From contig NC_068983.1 of the NCBI RefSeq assembly GCF_001194135.2, forward strand, positions 131,142,958-131,175,674: 32,717 nt of DNA. Direction: 5' to 3'. Positions 1 through 11,499 of the stretch are shown one piece after another (position 1 is the first letter of the stretch; the number at the start of each line of letters is the position of its first letter). The translations under genes were made by a program, and so were the position numbers. Below the pieces are notes generated by a model. The model searched no databases. It was not told the origin of the DNA and saw only the letters and a program-made list of their open reading frames with translations. This stretch comes from Octopus bimaculoides (taxonomy: Eukaryota).

Positions 1-36
<36 letters not shown>
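1..36. repeat. (TA)n microsatellite running off the window start
   Basis: Pure TA dinucleotide run. Confidence 0.95.
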
Positions 37-37
<1 letters not shown>

Positions 38-454
38 ATAATAAAATAAATGGTTTACACCTGGTAGCCTACTTCACAGTGATCGTTATGCATTGAAAAT
101 ACTTTTCTCGCTGGATTGATTGTTCATTTCCCTTTTTGCCATCTGTGATTTTATTTTTGATCTTCTAAATAAATGAAGGTATTTCTTCCTTCTGGCTGCT
201 TTTCTCTCTACAAAATGGAAAGTTACATTGTGGAAAAGTTATTTTAACAAGCTGTATTTATTTATCACCCAACAAGATACATCTACACCACCGGATGCTC
301 CTGAACCAGTTGCTGAGTGTCCCACCCATGCGGAATTGATGCTAGATTTGTTGAAACAATTGTCATGATTAATAATAAATTCTTATATGTCCCATCTTCC
401 ATCTTTCATTTGCCATATATATGTACATGTATGTATGTATATCTAAATGTGTGT

Positions 455-632
455 CTTTGTGTCTGTGTTCATCAGCCACTCACCCCTTGCTGACCAGTGT
501 TGATGGGTTTAAGTCGCCTTAACTTAGCAGTTCAGCAAAAAGATATGGAGCTTGGACAGCTCTTCAGCCGGCCATCTCAAACCATCTGACCCATAACGGC
601 ATGTAAAACAGATGTTAAATGACGATGATGAT
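455..632 (+). mobile_element. Degenerate SINE 3' body followed by an RTE-type 3' tail ending in (GAT)n
   Basis: TGTGTCTGTGTT...AACTTAGCAGTTCAGCAAAA resembles the reverse complement of 11620-11715. CCCATAACGGCATGTAAAACAGATGTTAAATGACGATGATGA resembles the tails at 15510-15555 and 20470-20513. Confidence 0.5.
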
Positions 633-1332
633 TCTATATATATATATATACATATATATATGTATATCATGCCAGCAGTCCAGCCCAAGCTAACAAGGAA
701 GGTGGGCATTAATTAATGATGTATTTATGTATCTATGTATGTATGTACATAGATACATACATGCATTTTGAGTAGGCAATGAAGGTATGACACATGCTAC
801 CAGGTGATTTTCACTTACATATTTGCTTATGGTCTATGTTTTGTGTATGTGAGTGTGTGTTTATGTGCATGCATGTATTTGGTTATGATAAGTGTGAATG
901 TGTATGTATTTATATATAAGAAAATAGTTGAATGAGAACAGAGAGTAAGGTTAAAAATCCTTCAAAATTTCTGATATTAATCAGAAAACATTATGCCCAT
1001 AAAAAGTCATATAGATCGAGAGGTTAATACCATTAAAAGTGAAATTATCGGCTGAGGAGACTGGGTGATGCTACAATAGTCTCTTGTAAATTAGCATATA
1101 TCCAAAAAATGGCCTTTCCACTGATTAATAAGGACTCACTCTCCAACCAGACTACTCTGTTATCTGTAGCTCACAGATGTTCTGTTTCTTCTTTCTACCT
1201 CTTTATTATTACTAATTACAACAACCACTGTTCTGTAGAATAACAAACTGGACACCACATCCATAAATCATTTCCCTCATTAAACAGCTTCACCTCCCTC
1301 TCATTATATCTACACACATTATCATACTGACA

Positions 1333-1515
1333 TTGCCATCATTATCGCCCAACAACACCCTTACTAATAATATCAACAATTCTACCACCACCACTGCTAC
1401 CACCGTCGCTGCCGCCGCTGCCACCAACAACAACAACAACACTAACAACACCACTACTACTACTACTCCCACCACCACCTCCACCATTGCTATTATCCCC
1501 ACCACTACAATATAG
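1333..1515. repeat. Degenerate (ACC/AAC/ACT)n trinucleotide low-complexity tract
   Basis: Thr/Asn/Ala-only ORFs in both orientations; no splice or domain support. Confidence 0.85.
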
Positions 1516-1962
1516 CACAGATTACTTCCCTGTTTAACTTACAGAGTAACTGAGATCATCCGAATCTCCACTCCTCTTTTATAAATTCCTGCTCGTCCTC
1601 CTCCTACACACCATGTAGCTTGGTAAGCCAGAAACTATTTACACAATTGCGACTGATTCAGTTGACAATACACTTTTGTTAAAAAAATAATACTCTACCT
1701 CATCCAAAAAAAGTCACTGATGCACTTTATATCCACTTCCCACACACATTTCTATATATCTTACATAAAAGTGGGTGTTTCCTTATAATGACAACACATT
1801 CACTGCCCTCACCTTTTAATCTGCAAATATCAACATACTGTCACTTAAAACTTCTATTAGCCACATCGATCTCACTTTCCTAAGGAAAACTGTGGTAGGG
1901 TCTATCAATACCATAGTGGGTCTTTTCCCCATACAACCATTTTTATATTAAAATAATACCAA

Positions 1963-2180
1963 AATATTGGCTTAAAAATTTTGGCACAAGGCCAGCAATT
2001 TCAAAGTAGGGGGTAAATTAAGGTCAATTACATTGAATCCAGTGCCCAACTGGTATTTATTTTAATGACCCTAAAAAGTTAGGTCAATCTCCATGAAATC
2101 AGAACTCAGAACATAACAACAGACAAAAGGCCGCTTAGCATTTCGCCCAGTGTACTAACAATTCTTCCAGCTCACCACCT
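1963..2180 (-). mobile_element. SINE-like repeat family A, degenerate copy
   Basis: The reverse complement aligns by eye with 3563-3771, 5451-5665 and the younger copy at 24935-25164 (GGTGAGCTGG.AGAAT.GTTAG...TTCTGAGTTC...AATAAATACCAGTTG.GCACTGG...GGCCTTGTGCCAAAAT). Confidence 0.8.
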
Positions 2181-2194
2181 TAAGACAATGTCAA

Positions 2195-2403
2195 AATATT
2201 AGTTCCAAATTTTGGCACTATACCAGCAATTTCGAGGTTGGGGGCAAGATGATTACATTGACCCCAGTGCTCAACTAGGACTTATTTTAACAACCCCAAA
2301 ACGATCAAAAGCAAAGTCAACCTTGGCAGTATTTGAACTGAGAACATAACGACAGACAAACTGCCACTAAGCATTTTGCTCTACGTGCTAATGATTCTAC
2401 CAG
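2195..2403 (-). mobile_element. SINE-like repeat family A, second tandem copy
   Basis: Same motifs as 1963-2180, same orientation, about 15 bp apart. Confidence 0.8.
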
Positions 2404-2652
2404 ACTCTTTTTCATATCTGTAGCTTTTCATGCTATTTTGTATCCTGTTTTATAATTATTTGTCATTTTTTATTGTCATGTAGCTGAATTATAAAGTCTA
2501 AGCAAAATTTTACCATAGATGTTTGATCTGTGGCAAAGTGTTTATTGGTCAACATTCACTATAAATTTGATAGAATTAAGGTTGTTTGCTGGAAAAATTA
2601 TTAGAGTATCAAGCGAAATTCTTTGCAACATTTCTTTCAGCTTTTTACATCC

Positions 2653-2689
2653 TGATATTAGCCAGATTTGAAAAATCTGGCTAATATCA
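2653..2689. repeat. Perfect 17-bp inverted repeat with a GAA loop
   Basis: TGATATTAGCCAGATTT-GAA-AAATCTGGCTAATATCA; the arms are exact reverse complements. Confidence 0.95.
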
Positions 2690-3020
2690 TCTTGGTCTGT
2701 TATCCCCCCCCCCCCGTGATAGATGTAATAAAATACTAGTCAATAGTATTAACAAGCCCATTTTCTGCAATATTGCTAACCTTTTGCCTAAATGTAAAAT
2801 AATTATTTTCTCAAACGAATGCAAGACTATTTGTAGTGTATTAAAGAAATTGTAGCTATCTATAAGGTATGACTTAGCAGTTAGAGTGTTGGGACTCATG
2901 CTCATAAAGTCATAATTTCAAAAATTCATCTGTAGATAATCAGATCAAGAAAGTGGCTCCACACAACTGTAGATGTAAATAACATCCAAAAACAGAAAAA
3001 TATGAAGGAAAAACAGACAC

Positions 3021-3135
3021 GCTGTCAGTTAGGGTGATGAGGGTTCCAGTTAATCCGATCAACAAAACAGCCTGCTCATAAAATCAAGATACAAGAGGCT
3101 GAGCACTTTACAAGAGACATGTTGTATTCTTGAAC
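3021..3135 (-). mobile_element. Old copy of the family B SINE 3' tail
   Basis: GAGGGTTCCAGTTAATCCGATCAACAAAACAGCCTGCTC...GGCTGAGCACT matches 15768-15840 and 32405-32475. Confidence 0.75.
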
Positions 3136-3562
3136 AAAATATTTTCCTTCATGGTACTCAGTACACTCTGCTGAAAAATGAGTATCTGTAAGAGGTGGGG
3201 ATTAACCCTGCAATAAACACTATCCTCCAATCATGGAAGTGATAGAGGTTATTGAACTCTTGATTGCTTCTAAGAAACAGTGATTGCTTCATAGGAACTG
3301 TGATAAGCTACTTCCTAATAAGTGTGTAGGCTTGTGATGAAACTAAAAAGAAGCTAAGCACTGAAACACTAATTTGTTATTTGGTGTTTCACATTGATTC
3401 CATTTGAAAATTGCATGAAGGGTACATGTATCTGTGGAATACTCAATCACTTAAATGTTACTTTCACAAGTACCAATTCAGTGAGTGAAATAACTAAATG
3501 CTCATCAATAAGAATGATAGAAAATCTAACAAAAATCACTACCAATATTAGATCAAACTAAT

Positions 3563-3771
3563 GCAGCAAGCTGGCAGAATCATTACTACACATGGCAAAA
3601 TGGCATTTTGTCCATCTCTATATGCTGGGCTAAAATTCTGCAAAGGTCAACTTTACCTTTCATCCTTTTGAGGTCAATAAAATAAGAACCAAATAAGCAC
3701 TGGAGTTGATAAAATTGATTTATCTCCTCCTCTAAAATTGGTGGCTTTGAGCCAAATTTGAAATCAATATT
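3563..3771 (+). mobile_element. SINE-like repeat family A, degenerate copy
   Basis: GCAAGCTGGCAGAATCATTA...GGTCAACTTTACCTTTCATCCTTT...GCCAAATTTGAAATCAATATT, colinear with 5451-5665. Confidence 0.8.
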
Positions 3772-5201
3772 AAATGAAACTTTTACTTTAAGGAGAGGGA
3801 GCACAGGGATATTGGTGAGAGCTTCATTTTATATAATCTTAGAGAGTGATTGTATTCCCCTAGATACAACACATGACAATCACGCAACATCCACTGGTAA
3901 TTTAGAAATCTAGTATAGCATAGGAAACATCACTGATAATGAAGATTTTTCAGACAGACAAAAATTCTTACCATTGAGGGTAAGTATGCCAGGGTGATCA
4001 ACTGACCAGCTAGAAATAGCTGCCAAGTCTCCCTCAAATCAAACACTACAATATTGTGTTAAGAAAAGGGATTTTAGATAATGTGGTCATAAACACCATT
4101 AAAAATATATGGTAAGGACTGAAATGCCTTTAATCATAGTTCTGCTGGGTTAGAAGTGACTTGTTGGGCGGAGTTGTTAAACAGTAACAACCACACAAAA
4201 AAAAGTCTCGCAGTTTTTAGAAATGTAACTTAGGTTGGACAAACAATGAAGTCCTGATTAATGTTATTTTAACTATAATAACACTTTGGATTCCCAAAAG
4301 GAGTTCTTTGGGAGCTGTTTATTTAATCAAGAGCATGACATTATAGTTTTCATATATGTATGGGTGTGGTGCATGTATGTATATTACTGTGTATAAAGAA
4401 GTTCATCATTTTACGAACCTCAACCATCAATTATAAATCCAGTACAGAATCTCTTTTTCTACATACATAATCAGGCAGCCTCTACATTGTGCTCAAATTG
4501 CTAGAAATAGTAGCCAAATCTACTTTAATTTACACTTTACCATGTTGGAAAGAGAAAAAGATGCATTGAATAACATAACTCTAGATATACCAGCAAGAAT
4601 AGGATGGTTACTATCAAAGGTCTCTTCAGTCAGGGCTGACCTGTAGTTGGACAACTACACCCTTCTAATATTCAACCCTCTATTAACTTTTTCAATCTAC
4701 CCAGCCAAATGGTCAGAGTAAAAATACAAGCCAATGTAAGAGTCGCAACATGATTCATTTGTTGTGTGAGAAATAGCACCTAAATCTTCCTAAAATCACA
4801 CCAGAGTGTCTTAAGAAGGAACATATTAGATGATATAGTCCCAAATGCAATATGTTTGGAATGGTCATGGCTGGACTGCTTTTGATTGTGGTTCTGTTGA
4901 ATTTAGGCTGACTATAGGGTAAACAACAACCTTCAAAATTCAACATATGGTTTGATGGAAGAGGTGATAAATTCAGTTGCAGTGACAAATGATTAATCTG
5001 ATATTTTCAGACCCTTGCTCTTCATCTCAGATAAATTCTGCCAGAATCCTTCCTATTTACTAATTATTGATGTCACTGACAAACCATCATTAGTTCCCTA
5101 TAAATCCTCTATTTGACAATTACTGCTCATGATCACAGATGATCAGTTCCCTCAGATTCTGAACATTATCCTACAAAAATTTATCCACCACATTGACTGG
5201 C

Positions 5202-5429
5202 TTAACTTTTTAGCATTTTAACCAGCCATACTTGGCCCAAACATTCTACTTGTTTTATGTTCAAACTGGCCAGGTCTGGCCTCTCACACCTACTCTATAA
5301 TGTAATTCTAAAAATAAATATTTACATCAACAAAATCCCAAAGCTGTCAGATGATGCATGATTAATTCAGAACAATGTGAATGCATAAGCATTGCATTTG
5401 GCAGATTAATCTAAATGGTAAAAGGTTAA
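5202..5429. mobile_element. piggyBac-like MITE (TTAA-flanked, short TIRs)
   Basis: TTAA at 5202-5205 and 5426-5429. Inner ends CTTTTTAGCATTT and AAATGGTAAAAGG match as inverted repeats at 11/13. TTAA target duplication is the piggyBac signature. Confidence 0.55.
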
Positions 5430-5450
5430 AACCACCACTTGGCCTCTGTT

Positions 5451-5665
5451 GGTGAGCTTGCAGAATTGTTAACGTGTCAGACAAAATGCTTAGTGATATT
5501 TCTTCTGACTTTATGTTCTGAACTCAAATGCTACTGGGGTCAACTTTGTCTTTCACCCTTGTGGGATCATTAAAATAAGTACCATTTGAACACTGGGATC
5601 AATGTAATTGATTTACCCCATCCCACGAAATTACTGACATTGTGCCAAAATTTGAAACCAATATT
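5451..5665 (+). mobile_element. SINE-like repeat family A, degenerate copy
   Basis: GGTGAGCTTGCAGAATTGTTAAC...TGTTCTGAACTCAAAT...AAATAAGTACCA...TTGTGCCAAAATTTGAAACCAATATT. Confidence 0.8.
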
Positions 5666-5849
5666 GTCTTTTGATAACTTCCCCCCTTCCCTCTCTCTCC
5701 ACCAGTCTGCGATGAGTTGTGAGCAATGCCATTCCAACTCTGACTAAGCAAATGAGCTGTGTGAAAATATAACAAATAATAACAGTCTAGGAGGCTCAGT
5801 AAAGCTCTTTGTCACAGTCAGCAATCCTTGAATTGAAGTACTTGTGAAG

Positions 5850-6305
5850 TCATTAGCAGAAAATACTTTGGTCATTGGCAGAATATACATTAGTTAATAC
5901 AGCGTCTTTAGCAGGAGACAAAGCAGTAATTGTAGTTCCATTAACAGAGTCATCAGTACTTTACTAGCAAGAAACACCATGATGAATGTGGTATTAATGG
6001 TGTGAAACACCTCAGTGAATGTGGAGCCATTAGCAGGAGACACATTAGTAAATATAGTGGCATTAGCAGGAAACAAAACAGTAAATGTCATGTTATTAGT
6101 AGGAAACAAAGAAGTAAATGTTTTGTCATTTGCCTGAAACACCTTAGTAAATGTTTTGTCATTAGCAGGAAACACTTCGATGTGCATATTGTCACCAGCA
6201 GGAAACACTTATGTGAATGTATTGTGACAGCAGGAAACACCTTAGTGAATGTGGTAACATTAGCAGGAAGCACATAGTGAAGATATTGTTATTAGCAGGA
6301 AATAT
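5850..6305. repeat. Degenerate 33-bp minisatellite (core CATTAGCAGGAAACAC)
   Basis: ATTAGCAGGAAAC-like cores recur about every 33 bp from 6029 to 6303, with more diverged units towards 5850. The minus-strand reading gives an 11-aa repeat (VFPANDKTFTK). Confidence 0.85.
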
Positions 6306-6599
6306 GTCTTGTTTTGTTTTTTTACTGTGTGATACATGAATTGAGACAATGTGCTACTAGTGTGAATCTATGTAATATTCTTATTTCTTTTTAACATAGC
6401 ACAATATTGGCTTTATGATGACAATGAAGGAAGAAGAGGGTGAGGAGACAGAAGTTTAATTCTACATATTGTTCCTCACTTATCAACCTCTCTTTGAGAG
6501 AGGGAGGGATGGCAGTAGGGATAAGAGACCAACCTCTCATTGATTGAAATCTTGCTTGTCAAGATTTTGTGTTATATAATTCTAACCAATGCATTACAG

Positions 6600-6870
6600 T
6601 AGTGGTGATGATGATGTAAATGGTGGAGATGGTGGTGATTTAGCAACAGTATGTGGTAGTAGTGATGGTAGCGGATGATAGTGAAAAGATGGTGGTGAAA
6701 GAAGTGGCAATGCCAATAGTAGTTACAATGGTTGTAGTGGTTGTAGTGGGAGTTGTAATGGTGCAGGTGTTGGTGACAGTGTTGGTGGTAGTGGTGTTGG
6801 TAGCAGTGGAGTCATTGTGGTCATGCAGTGGTAGTGGAGGTGGTAAGGCAGTGTTGGGCATGATATTAGA
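6600..6870. repeat. Degenerate (GGT/GTA/GAT)n trinucleotide tract
   Basis: Val-rich and Thr-rich ORFs are compositional only. Confidence 0.85.
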
Positions 6871-7234
6871 GAGAAAGTGGGGAGAGTGTCATAAGTGCAA
6901 AGGTGTGAATAGATGTGTAAATGTACATATGTGCAATATTTGGGCAGTACATTTCACGTACATATGTACATGTGAAGTGCGTATTTAGGTTATTCTTTTC
7001 AATGGACCAAGGAATAGAGTTTACTGGTAAAGAACAAAACACAGAAAGAGAGAGAGAGAAAGAGAAAGAAAGGGAAAGAAAGGGAGAAAGAGAGAGAAGT
7101 GAAAGAAAAGAGGGATATCAGAAGAGTCACAGGGTATTGTAAATTATATGCAGAGAGGTGTGAACAATTAAAGACATTGAAATAGACAGGTAGAGCGCAA
7201 GATATTGATATATATATATATTTATATTTATTTA

Positions 7235-7299
<65 letters not shown>

Positions 7300-7479
7300 A
7301 TATATTACAGACAAGAAAGTAATATTTTGAATACAGTATAGCCATGAAAACAGCAGAAAGACTCCATATTTTCCCCTTATAAGACAGAAAAGTTGTCAGC
7401 AGACACACAAACACACTCACTCACTCATTCTCTCTCGCTCTCTCTTCTAGAATTTTGACTTCAAGATTACTGTGAAAAC

Positions 7480-8925
7480 TAATACTAACATAGTAATCAT
7501 TTAGATAGCACTATGAATCTAACTTTGGGCATTTACAGCCTCCATAGAAGTTACATGATACTTTCATATAAACTCTAACCACACAACAAACATTCTGAAA
7601 AAATTTACCTAGAAAAATCAGTGAAAAAAACTTGTAAAATATCACCTAATTAGACTTTTAACTGTACTGCTATATTTTACAAGAAATCTCTCAGTAGAAG
7701 CAGCTTCAATGATAGGCTAGAATATAACCCTCCACAATGATTCTCTAATGCTAAAAGCACCAGAAAAATTAACACTACGTAATGTAACTGCCTCTTTTAG
7801 TTTGAACACTGAAACCAATATTACTTAATCTTTCATAAATTTAGTCAGTAAACACTTTCCTAACATCAACAACTCCATAAAATTCATAAGACATAACTTC
7901 AAAATGAGTTACAGCTGTGCATATAATTTCATACCTTCTTAACTAGAACTAATGAGAAAATATTAGCCACCTCTCCCACAAATGATTCCTCACCTCAGTG
8001 CAGTTGCCTCAATAAGAATACATACACTATATAGGTAAATAAGTGCTATTTACTATACTAAAGTTTCTCCTAGTGATAACAACAACAGTACAAAGTGTTA
8101 TTTGGGTGTTAGTAACAACTTGTTCAAATCCAGATATATTTAGCATATACTAAATATTGGATCATCCCATAAATAAGGCAATCTTTTTACACTTCTTTTA
8201 TTTTTCAAAATTAAGATAAGCAATATTCTTATTTAATCTAAAATATACTCTCCTTCATTTTCTACAAATGTTCTTCCATCTATCTGGTAGGCTTGCAAGG
8301 CCCCTCTTCCCAAATTCACTTGTCCGTAATGAAAATACTCCACAGGTACTGTTCTGACCTCGTCTACCTTGACACTGGCTTACACTTATTGTCTGATCCC
8401 TATATACTGCCTTAATATTCCTTGCACTTACTATTGCGTTGTTACCTTTATTGAACTCATAAAGCAAAATATTCCAAATATGCTCCTTTCTCACTTCCAT
8501 TATAGCTTTGAAAAAATAACTGTTAAATTCGAACACTAAGAATAGCGTAAAATCACTACCTGCTTTTATACCAAGTTGATGCAGTTAGTTTATTCCATCC
8601 TGCTCTGACTTTTAGTTCATGCAATTGAAAATACTGCATTATTTATGAGATGACCCAATATAAATGGATATAGACACAAAAACACAAGATTTATAACATC
8701 AATTTTGAAATACATTTGAACATTAAGACAAAGACTTATTTGACTATGAAATTAAATGGTCTGTTATCAAATTTGCTCCTGCATACAGTAATGGCAACAA
8801 ATACTACCTCTGCTTAACCAAAAAATTTAACATACACATGTAGCTACTCAAACTATTAAATCCTAAATCAAAGTTGATTTTTTTCCATTCCCCACCAAAG
8901 GAAATCTTTTTTTAAATTCTTCAAA
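7480..8925 (+). mobile_element. Decayed Penelope-like retroelement (RT C-terminal part plus GIY-YIG endonuclease), split by a mariner insertion
   Basis: Hand translation across frameshifts and stops: HLDSTMNL; INSNHTTNILKK; FYKKSLSRSSFNDRLEYNP; FSLNTETNI*SFINLVSKHFP...FKMSYSC; QCSCLNKN; AIYYTKV...KCYLGVSNNLFKSRY (GIY-YIG-like). After the mariner: DYEIKWSVIKFAPAYSNGNKYYLCLTKK...LLN. The motif order matches PLE ORFs. Confidence 0.8.
8157..8658 (-). mobile_element. Internally deleted mariner (Mos1-like) element with both TIRs and TA target duplication
   Basis: TIRs TTGGATCATCCCATAAATAAGGC (8157-8179) and the reverse complement of 8636-8658 match at 20/23; TA at 8155-8156 and 8659-8660. N-terminal HTH MEVRKEHIWNILLYEFNKGNNA...SQCQ (8500-8369) is joined to a C-terminus DEVRT...RTSEF.KRGLASLPDRWKNI.ENEGEYILD*. 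Confidence 0.9.
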
Positions 8926-9132
8926 CTATCAACTGGATGATATTCTACATGCCCTTGCTATCTTTAGAATCCATCATATGTCTACCTGATAACCTCCACC
9001 CATTGACATTTTCTTTTCTTTGTCTACAGTTCTTTACTTTTACACAACCTATCATCTTAAGCATATAATCATTACAGCGGTATATGCATAAGGCATAAAC
9101 ATTTGATATATATATATATATATATATATATA

Positions 9133-9238
9133 NNNNNNNNNNNNNNNNNNNNNNNNNNNNNNNNNNNNNNNNNNNNNNNNNNNNNNNNNNNNNNNNNNNN
9201 NNNNNNNNNNNNNNNNNNNNNNNNNNNNNNNNNNNNNN
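9133..9238. other. Assembly gap
   Basis: N run after (TA)n. Confidence 1.
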
Positions 9239-9269
9239 CCTTGGAATCCTCTGTGTAGTGGGTTGATCC

Positions 9270-9460
9270 ACTACTCAGGAAGAGACTATTCTAGAGTACG
9301 TTCTGTCTTATCTTCGAAACGTCTAGTTAGAATAGAGACAGCTGATGAATGGATATTCCAAGTGGCTTTCCGTTTTCCTATGTGTTCGTTCCGTTGTCTG
9401 TAGTTCATTGTTCTAACGTCCTGTACCCTGATATGCATATATATACACATAAGTGTGTAT
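9270..9460 (+). repeat. Interspersed repeat with hammerhead-like motifs; homologous to 31770-31930
   Basis: GAAACGTC at 9316-9323 and CTGATGA at 9342-9348. AACGTCCTGTACCCTGATATGCAT matches the reverse complement of 31789-31812. Confidence 0.55.
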
Positions 9461-9483
9461 ACATGTATATATATTCTTTGTAT

Positions 9484-9525
<42 letters not shown>

Positions 9526-9732
9526 CACTACATTATCTAATAGCACATTCCATGTTTCTAATGGTTTATATGCCATCAGTTTACTTTATAGAATTTATAT
9601 GTACCACATTTTTTTTCCTATACACTGAATTTGTTGCTGAAAGCATCGTTGGCTCTCACTTTACTTACTGTATTTTTGTGCATAGCTTCTACAATTCTCA
9701 TAAGCCATTCTTCTCTACCTAGTTTCCATTAT

Positions 9733-9950
9733 GACCTTCTCCAAGTCAATGATTACCAGGAATAATGGTTGAATTGTAACCGGGTACTTCTCCTGCAGTA
9801 GCATCACTAGGAAGATTGCACCCATTATATATCTTCCAGATATGAAGCTGCACTGCACCTGATCTTGTGTACACTGTCATGAATCTATTGCGATTATGAT
9901 TCTCTCCATTTACTTCACAGCCTGGACCAAAAGTTTAATTCTTCTATATA
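9733..9950 (-). mobile_element. RTE-clade LINE reverse transcriptase fragment
   Basis: Minus strand reads YRRIKLLVQAVK*MERII and VQCSFISGRYIMGAIFLVMLLQEKY...PLFLVIIDLEK, matching the RTE RT pattern YRGIKLL...MQ.GF.PGR.T.DAIF..RQLQEKY...DLEKAFD. Confidence 0.8.
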
Positions 9951-10152
9951 GACTTTCACTGGTTTACTTCAAATATAGAACAACAGCCGCACTGGAGATC
10001 CATCTTGAAAGGGATATTTATTTTACTGCAAGCCTTTTGTAGGAACCACTAATTTATGGCAAATAGACACAACATGAATAATGATATGGATTTTATATTG
10101 AGGTGACATGCAAAATGCAGACATGCAAAAATATATACATGCATAGATAGAT

Positions 10153-10340
<188 letters not shown>

Positions 10341-10593
10341 ATTAAAATAGAAAATGAAAAAGCAAGACATTCAGCATCATTCAAAATACATTTAATTTTG
10401 ATGGAGACTATAAACAGATAAAGCCTCTTACAGCTGTTTCTAGAATAACCAAATATGTTCACGGTCTTGAATATTTGTCACCAGTATAGGGCTAACAAGT
10501 ATTTAATGTAAAATAGTCATTGGCCCTGTGCTAGATTCATCCCCTTTTGACAACTCATTCTGTTTTCTACAGTGTATGTATGTGTGTGTCTGA

Positions 10594-10624
<31 letters not shown>

Positions 10625-10727
10625 TGTGTGTGTGAGTGTGTGAGTGTGTGTATTTGTTTGTTTGGCTGCATTTCAAGAAACTCACCTCATATTTCTAACA
10701 TGTTGGGCATGTCAGTTTAATTGCCGA

Positions 10728-10876
10728 CAACCCAATTATATAACAGGTTGTACTGGATTACATATTGCCAGTAACACACAAACACACAATGCTATCAGGT
10801 ATATTTATACAGACCCATTCACACACATACACACATCTATCTATATATCTATCTCTCTCTCTCCCTCTTTTCCTCT

Positions 10877-10930
<54 letters not shown>

Positions 10931-11019
10931 GTAAATGTAGAACGATGAAATGAGTGCTCAACACTGCATTTGTGGATTGAGAGAGAGAGATAAACATGCA
11001 TATATAAAATGATGAAAGA
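10728..11019 (+). repeat. Local duplicated segment, copy 1
   Basis: CAACCCAATTATATAACAGGTTGTACTGGATTACATA... recurs at 12058, with about 6 mismatches in the first ~105 bp by hand count. The downstream GAGAGA...TATATAAAATGATGAAAGA is also shared. Confidence 0.9.
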
Positions 11020-11499
11020 CATGCATATATATACGTGTGTGTGTGTGTGTGTATACACACACATGTGTGCATGTGGGGTGTATATGGTGGGTGCAAGAAG
11101 TACAAAAAGGGCGGAAGAGAGAAAGAATGAGTAATGAATGGCATAAATAAGTTAACAGGTTCTTACAGGTTCTTTCTGATGTTCAATGATTCGAATAAGA
11201 GAAAGTAAAATAAAGAAGTTCTTTATACAAACAAGTGATGTCAAGTATAAAATTGGTAGGAAATAGAGTTGAAATAATAGGGGCCACGTGACAGAGTGTG
11301 TGAGAAAGAGTTGTAATGATGAATGGTGGGCGTTTTCATAATTGTGTCTATGTTAGGTGGGAACAAAAGATGAGGGTCATAGATGACTATTGCCCATTGA
11401 TTAAACTTAACTCATAAAAATACCCACCTTCACAATGAATACCAGTGTTCTAATACATTCACTAACTTATATGTTGTCATTCACTACACTTTCATTTGT

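Noticed and set aside
231-368. Open plus-strand frame WKSYFNKLY...PDAPEPVAECPTHAELMLDLLKQLS*
   Set aside because: Could be a LINE linker relic or a terminal exon, but the acceptor is weak and there is no recognisable motif.
3586-3804. Protein-looking 72-aa ORF (MLPLLKVKV...)
   Set aside because: It is the antisense reading of a family A SINE copy (3563-3771).
4755-4988. Minus ORF with VILGRF, reminiscent of APE endonuclease VILGDFN
   Set aside because: A single imperfect motif with no other APE motifs nearby.
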